Origin: an uncultured Spirochaetota bacterium | Lineage (GTDB): Bacteria; Spirochaetota; Spirochaetia; SZUA-6; Fen-1364 | Assembly: GCA_963845535.1 (NCBI GenBank) | Contig: CAWJSK010000019.1 | Location: forward strand, 448,001-512,000 | Reading direction: 5' to 3' | Length of the DNA stretch: 64,000 bases | Shown here: positions 61,061 through 64,000 of the stretch, piece by piece | Position numbering within the stretch: position 1 is the stretch's first letter | Layout: every line of letters begins with the position of its first letter | Program-made: the position numbers and the translations under genes | The notes under the pieces: generated by a model | The model's input: only the letters and a program-made list of their open reading frames with translations | The model's database searches: none | What the model was told of the DNA's origin: nothing

Positions 61061-62329
61061 ATGGCAAACAACATGAGTAATGACGTACGAGAGCTGCAAA
61101 CCGTGCGCGTCATCATCCTTTGCGCTCTGGTCATCCTGTTGGAGGGCTTCGATATCCAGGCGGCCGGCGTGTCGGCCCCGCGACTCGCGCCGTTTTTCCA
61201 CCTGCAGCCGGCCCAGCTCGGTCTCTTTCTGGGATCGAGCGCCATTGGCATCTTCCTGGCCGCGATTTTGGGCGGGATCCTGGCCGACCGATTCGGGCGC
61301 AAGCCGGTCATCGTCATAGGCGTCAGCCTCTTCGGCCTCTTCTCGCTCTCGACGCTTCTCGCGACGAACCTTGCTACGCTTATCGTCGCGCGGTTCTTGA
61401 CGGGCCTGGGATTGGGATCCGCGATGCCTTCAGTCATCGCGCTCGCCAGCGACCATAGCCCCGCCGAGATGAAGAAGAGGGCGGTCGGATTCATCTATTG
61501 CGCCATTCCCATCGGAGGAGCTCTCTCGAGCGTCATCATGTCGATAGGCGCGTTCGGCGCGAGCTGGCGGCCCGTCTACATGGTGGGCGGCCTTGCGCCG
61601 ATCGTAGTCGCGCCGCTCCTGGCAACCCTCCTGCCCAGGGAGGAGAAGGTCGCCCGCCTGCCGAAAGGAAAGGGGGCGAGCCACGACGCTCTGGCTGGGC
61701 TCTTCGGTGATGGCAAGGCGTCCACCACGCTGTCCCTCTGGCTGGCCACGTTCGGCACCCTGCTGATCATGTACCTGCTCCTTGGGTGGATGCCTTCGCT
61801 CCTCGTGCAAATGGGGCTCACGAGGCAGGACGCCCAATTCGTGCAGATGATATACAACCTCGGATCGGCGATCGGAGCGGCGCTGGCCGGCTATCTGCTG
61901 GACAAGAAGCTCCTCTACACCACGCCGACGACGGCCTACCTCCTCCTTGCGGTGCTGCTCGGCGTCTTCGGTCTTTCTGCGTTCGACTTCCGCGCCGCTC
62001 TTGCGCTGGGCTTCGGCGTCGGCGCGGGCGTGACCACCGCTCAAGCGGTCCTCTATGCTTTCGCCCCTCTCTGCTACAAGGAATCCATCAGGAACACCGG
62101 CGTCGGCGCCACCGTGGCCGCCGGCCGGCTGGGGACCATCGTCGGCCCTCTCCTTGCGGGCACCTTGCTGGGGAGCGGGAAGTCCGCGGCCCAAGTCCTT
62201 CTCGTGTTGATCCCGGTCACCCTGTTCAGCGGCCTTATGTCCGCGCTTGTCGTCCGCATGCTCAGGCGCGACGCCCCTCGGGTGTCGGGAGTTGCTATTC
62301 CCGGGACGCACCCGATAGGAGGTCGATAG
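61061..62329 (+). CDS. MFS aromatic acid:H+ symporter (MhpT-like)
   Basis: LEGFDIQAAGVSAP, LADRFGRK, RFLTGLGLG, RNTGVG...GRLG. Confidence 0.85.
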   Translation: MANNMSNDVRELQTVRVIILCALVILLEGFDIQAAGVSAPRLAPFFHLQPAQLGLFLGSSAIGIFLAAILGGILADRFGRKPVIVIGVSLFGLFSLSTLLATNLATLIVARFLTGLGLGSAMPSVIALASDHSPAEMKKRAVGFIYCAIPIGGALSSVIMSIGAFGASWRPVYMVGGLAPIVVAPLLATLLPREEKVARLPKGKGASHDALAGLFGDGKASTTLSLWLATFGTLLIMYLLLGWMPSLLVQMGLTRQDAQFVQMIYNLGSAIGAALAGYLLDKKLLYTTPTTAYLLLAVLLGVFGLSAFDFRAALALGFGVGAGVTTAQAVLYAFAPLCYKESIRNTGVGATVAAGRLGTIVGPLLAGTLLGSGKSAAQVLLVLIPVTLFSGLMSALVVRMLRRDAPRVSGVAIPGTHPIGGR

Positions 62330-62330
62330 A

Positions 62331-63800
62331 ATGCCCAACCTGAAGGAGAAACTCGCGAGCATCATGGGCGCGCAGAACGTATCAGACGATGCAGCCGCCC
62401 TCCAGCGCTACGCCAGAGACGAGAGCTTCGTCGCGCCCATGCCGCCCGCTTTCGTGGTCAAGGCCGTGAGCGCGGACCAGGTCGAGCGGCTGGTCAAGCT
62501 CGCAAATGAGACGAAAACGACGCTCGTGCCGGTGAGCTCCGAGGCTCCGCACCATAAGGGCGACACGGTCCCCTCGGTCCCCGGATCCATCATCGTCGAC
62601 ATGAGCGGCATGAAGCGCATCCTGAATATCAACCGGCAGCAGCGCATGGCGGTTGTGGAGCCAGGAGTCACCTACGGAGAGCTCCAGAGGGCCCTCGCCC
62701 AGGAGGGAATGGAGCTCTCGATCCCGCTCGCGCCAAGGGCCGGGAAATCCGTCCTTGCCAGCGTGCTGGACATGGAGCCGAGGCTCAACTCGCTCCATCA
62801 ATTCAATTTCGTTGATCCCCTGCGCTGCACGGAGGTCGTGTGGGGCGACGGAAACAGGATGTTCACCGGTGACGCCGGCATGAGTCCGATGGATCTCGCC
62901 AGGCAGTGGAAGGCGGAGCGATGGCAGGTGAGCGGGACTGGGCCGATGATGCTGGACTTCTACCGGCTTCTCACCGGCTCCCAGGGAACCATGGGAATCG
63001 TGACGTGGGCCTCGCTGAAATGCGAGGTCAAGGCGTCCATCCGCAAGCTGTACATCGTGCCCGCGAATGCGATCGAGGACCTGGTGGATTTCGTGTATCG
63101 CGTGATCCGCATGCGGTTTTCCGATGAGCTCATGATCATGAGCGGCAGCTATCTCGCGCTCCTGCTGGGGGAATCGGCGGAGGAGGCCGCGGAATTGATG
63201 CGCGAGCTGCCCCCGTGGTTGGCGCTGGTGGGCGTCGCCGGTTACGAGATACTTCCGGAGGAGCGCGTGCAAGCCAGGGAGGCGGACATCTCAGAGATTG
63301 CTCAACAATTCGGCCTCAAGATGCTTCCGGCGGTCCCGGGGGCCAAAGGAGACCGGATCCTGGCGCGCGTGCACGGCGCCGAGACCAGGGACCCTTGGAA
63401 AGGGATCTCCAAGGGGGCTTTTCAGGACATATTCTTCACGACCACGCTGGACAAGACGCCCCTCTTCATCGACGCGATGCTCAGCATCGCCCGGGAGACG
63501 GGATTCCCCGCGGGAGACATCGGCGTCTACCTCCAGCCCCAGAACATGGGCACGAGCTACCATTGCGAGTTCTGTCTACCCTATAGCCCGGAGGACAGGC
63601 GCGAGGTTGAGACGGCGAGGAAGCTCTTCGCGCGGGCCAGCGAGGTCATGGCCTCCATGGGCGCTTACTACTTGCGGCCGCACGGCATGTGGGCCCGGCT
63701 CCAGTTGAACAAGGACGCTCAGTCCGCTGCGCTCCTGAAGCGCTTGAAGGGCGTTTTCGATCCGAACGACATCATGAATACCGGCAAGCTCGCGGTGTAG
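62331..63800 (+). CDS. FAD-binding oxidoreductase (FAD_binding_4/GlcD-VAO family)
   Basis: DMSGMKRIL, VEPGVTY, GSQGTMGIVT, FDPNDIMNTG. Confidence 0.88.
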   Translation: MPNLKEKLASIMGAQNVSDDAAALQRYARDESFVAPMPPAFVVKAVSADQVERLVKLANETKTTLVPVSSEAPHHKGDTVPSVPGSIIVDMSGMKRILNINRQQRMAVVEPGVTYGELQRALAQEGMELSIPLAPRAGKSVLASVLDMEPRLNSLHQFNFVDPLRCTEVVWGDGNRMFTGDAGMSPMDLARQWKAERWQVSGTGPMMLDFYRLLTGSQGTMGIVTWASLKCEVKASIRKLYIVPANAIEDLVDFVYRVIRMRFSDELMIMSGSYLALLLGESAEEAAELMRELPPWLALVGVAGYEILPEERVQAREADISEIAQQFGLKMLPAVPGAKGDRILARVHGAETRDPWKGISKGAFQDIFFTTTLDKTPLFIDAMLSIARETGFPAGDIGVYLQPQNMGTSYHCEFCLPYSPEDRREVETARKLFARASEVMASMGAYYLRPHGMWARLQLNKDAQSAALLKRLKGVFDPNDIMNTGKLAV

Positions 63801-63812
63801 GGGGTATTGGCT

Positions 63813-64000
63813 ATGGCGTTGGAAGAATATCGGCCGATGATGGAACGCTGCAGCAACTGCTTGAGCTGCAAATGGATCCCTTTTGACAAGGTCAAGAGCC
63901 AGCGATTCGGGGAGAACTGCCCGAGCGTCTGCTATTACAACTTCAATACCTACTCGGTGCGCGGCCGCTTTCAGCTCGGACTGGCCCTTCTGACGAAGGA
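63813..64000 (+). CDS. (Fe-S)-binding oxidoreductase subunit, 5' part (runs off window)
   Basis: MALEEYRPMMERCSNCLSCKW...CPS...RGR; CxxCxxC...CP motif, open to the window end. Confidence 0.75.
   Translation, partial: MALEEYRPMMERCSNCLSCKWIPFDKVKSQRFGENCPSVCYYNFNTYSVRGRFQLGLALLTK

Overview
GC-rich bacterial DNA, very probably from a Spirochaetia anaerobe: the galK-surE-TPR-small ORF-NHL protein block and the degenerate HD-GYP gene resemble spirochaete core genes (recognition, not a search result). 1-17 kb is core genome: galK, surE, an orphan corrinoid protein, a four-gene 2-oxoacid:ferredoxin oxidoreductase, a beta-CASP RNase, a uridine-kinase-like protein and a metal-chelate ABC pair. 17.6-22 kb is a decayed accessory patch with an IS21 left end, a sugar-permease::tonB chimeric remnant and an ahcY gene collapsed to about 200 bp. 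A GH42 beta-galactosidase/ABC locus and an aldo-keto reductase/flavodoxin island follow. 33.5-53.9 kb is the most interesting part: a GntR-headed catabolic cluster with a tungsten-type AOR, an HMG/CHA aldolase, an IolN-like ring hydrolase, several dehydrogenases, a Liv-type ABC transporter, a chemoreceptor and tandem type II dehydroquinases, one of which has lost catalytic residues. I infer a possible non-aromatic anaerobic quinate/shikimate ring-cleavage pathway. The window ends with a LacI-GH4 locus and a TetR-associated module (MtvB/MtoB-like methyltransferase, aromatic-acid MFS, FAD and Fe-S oxidoreductases) whose two upstream regions share a palindromic operator. No rRNA, tRNA or CRISPR array was seen. 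All product calls come from motif recognition by eye; no database searches were run.
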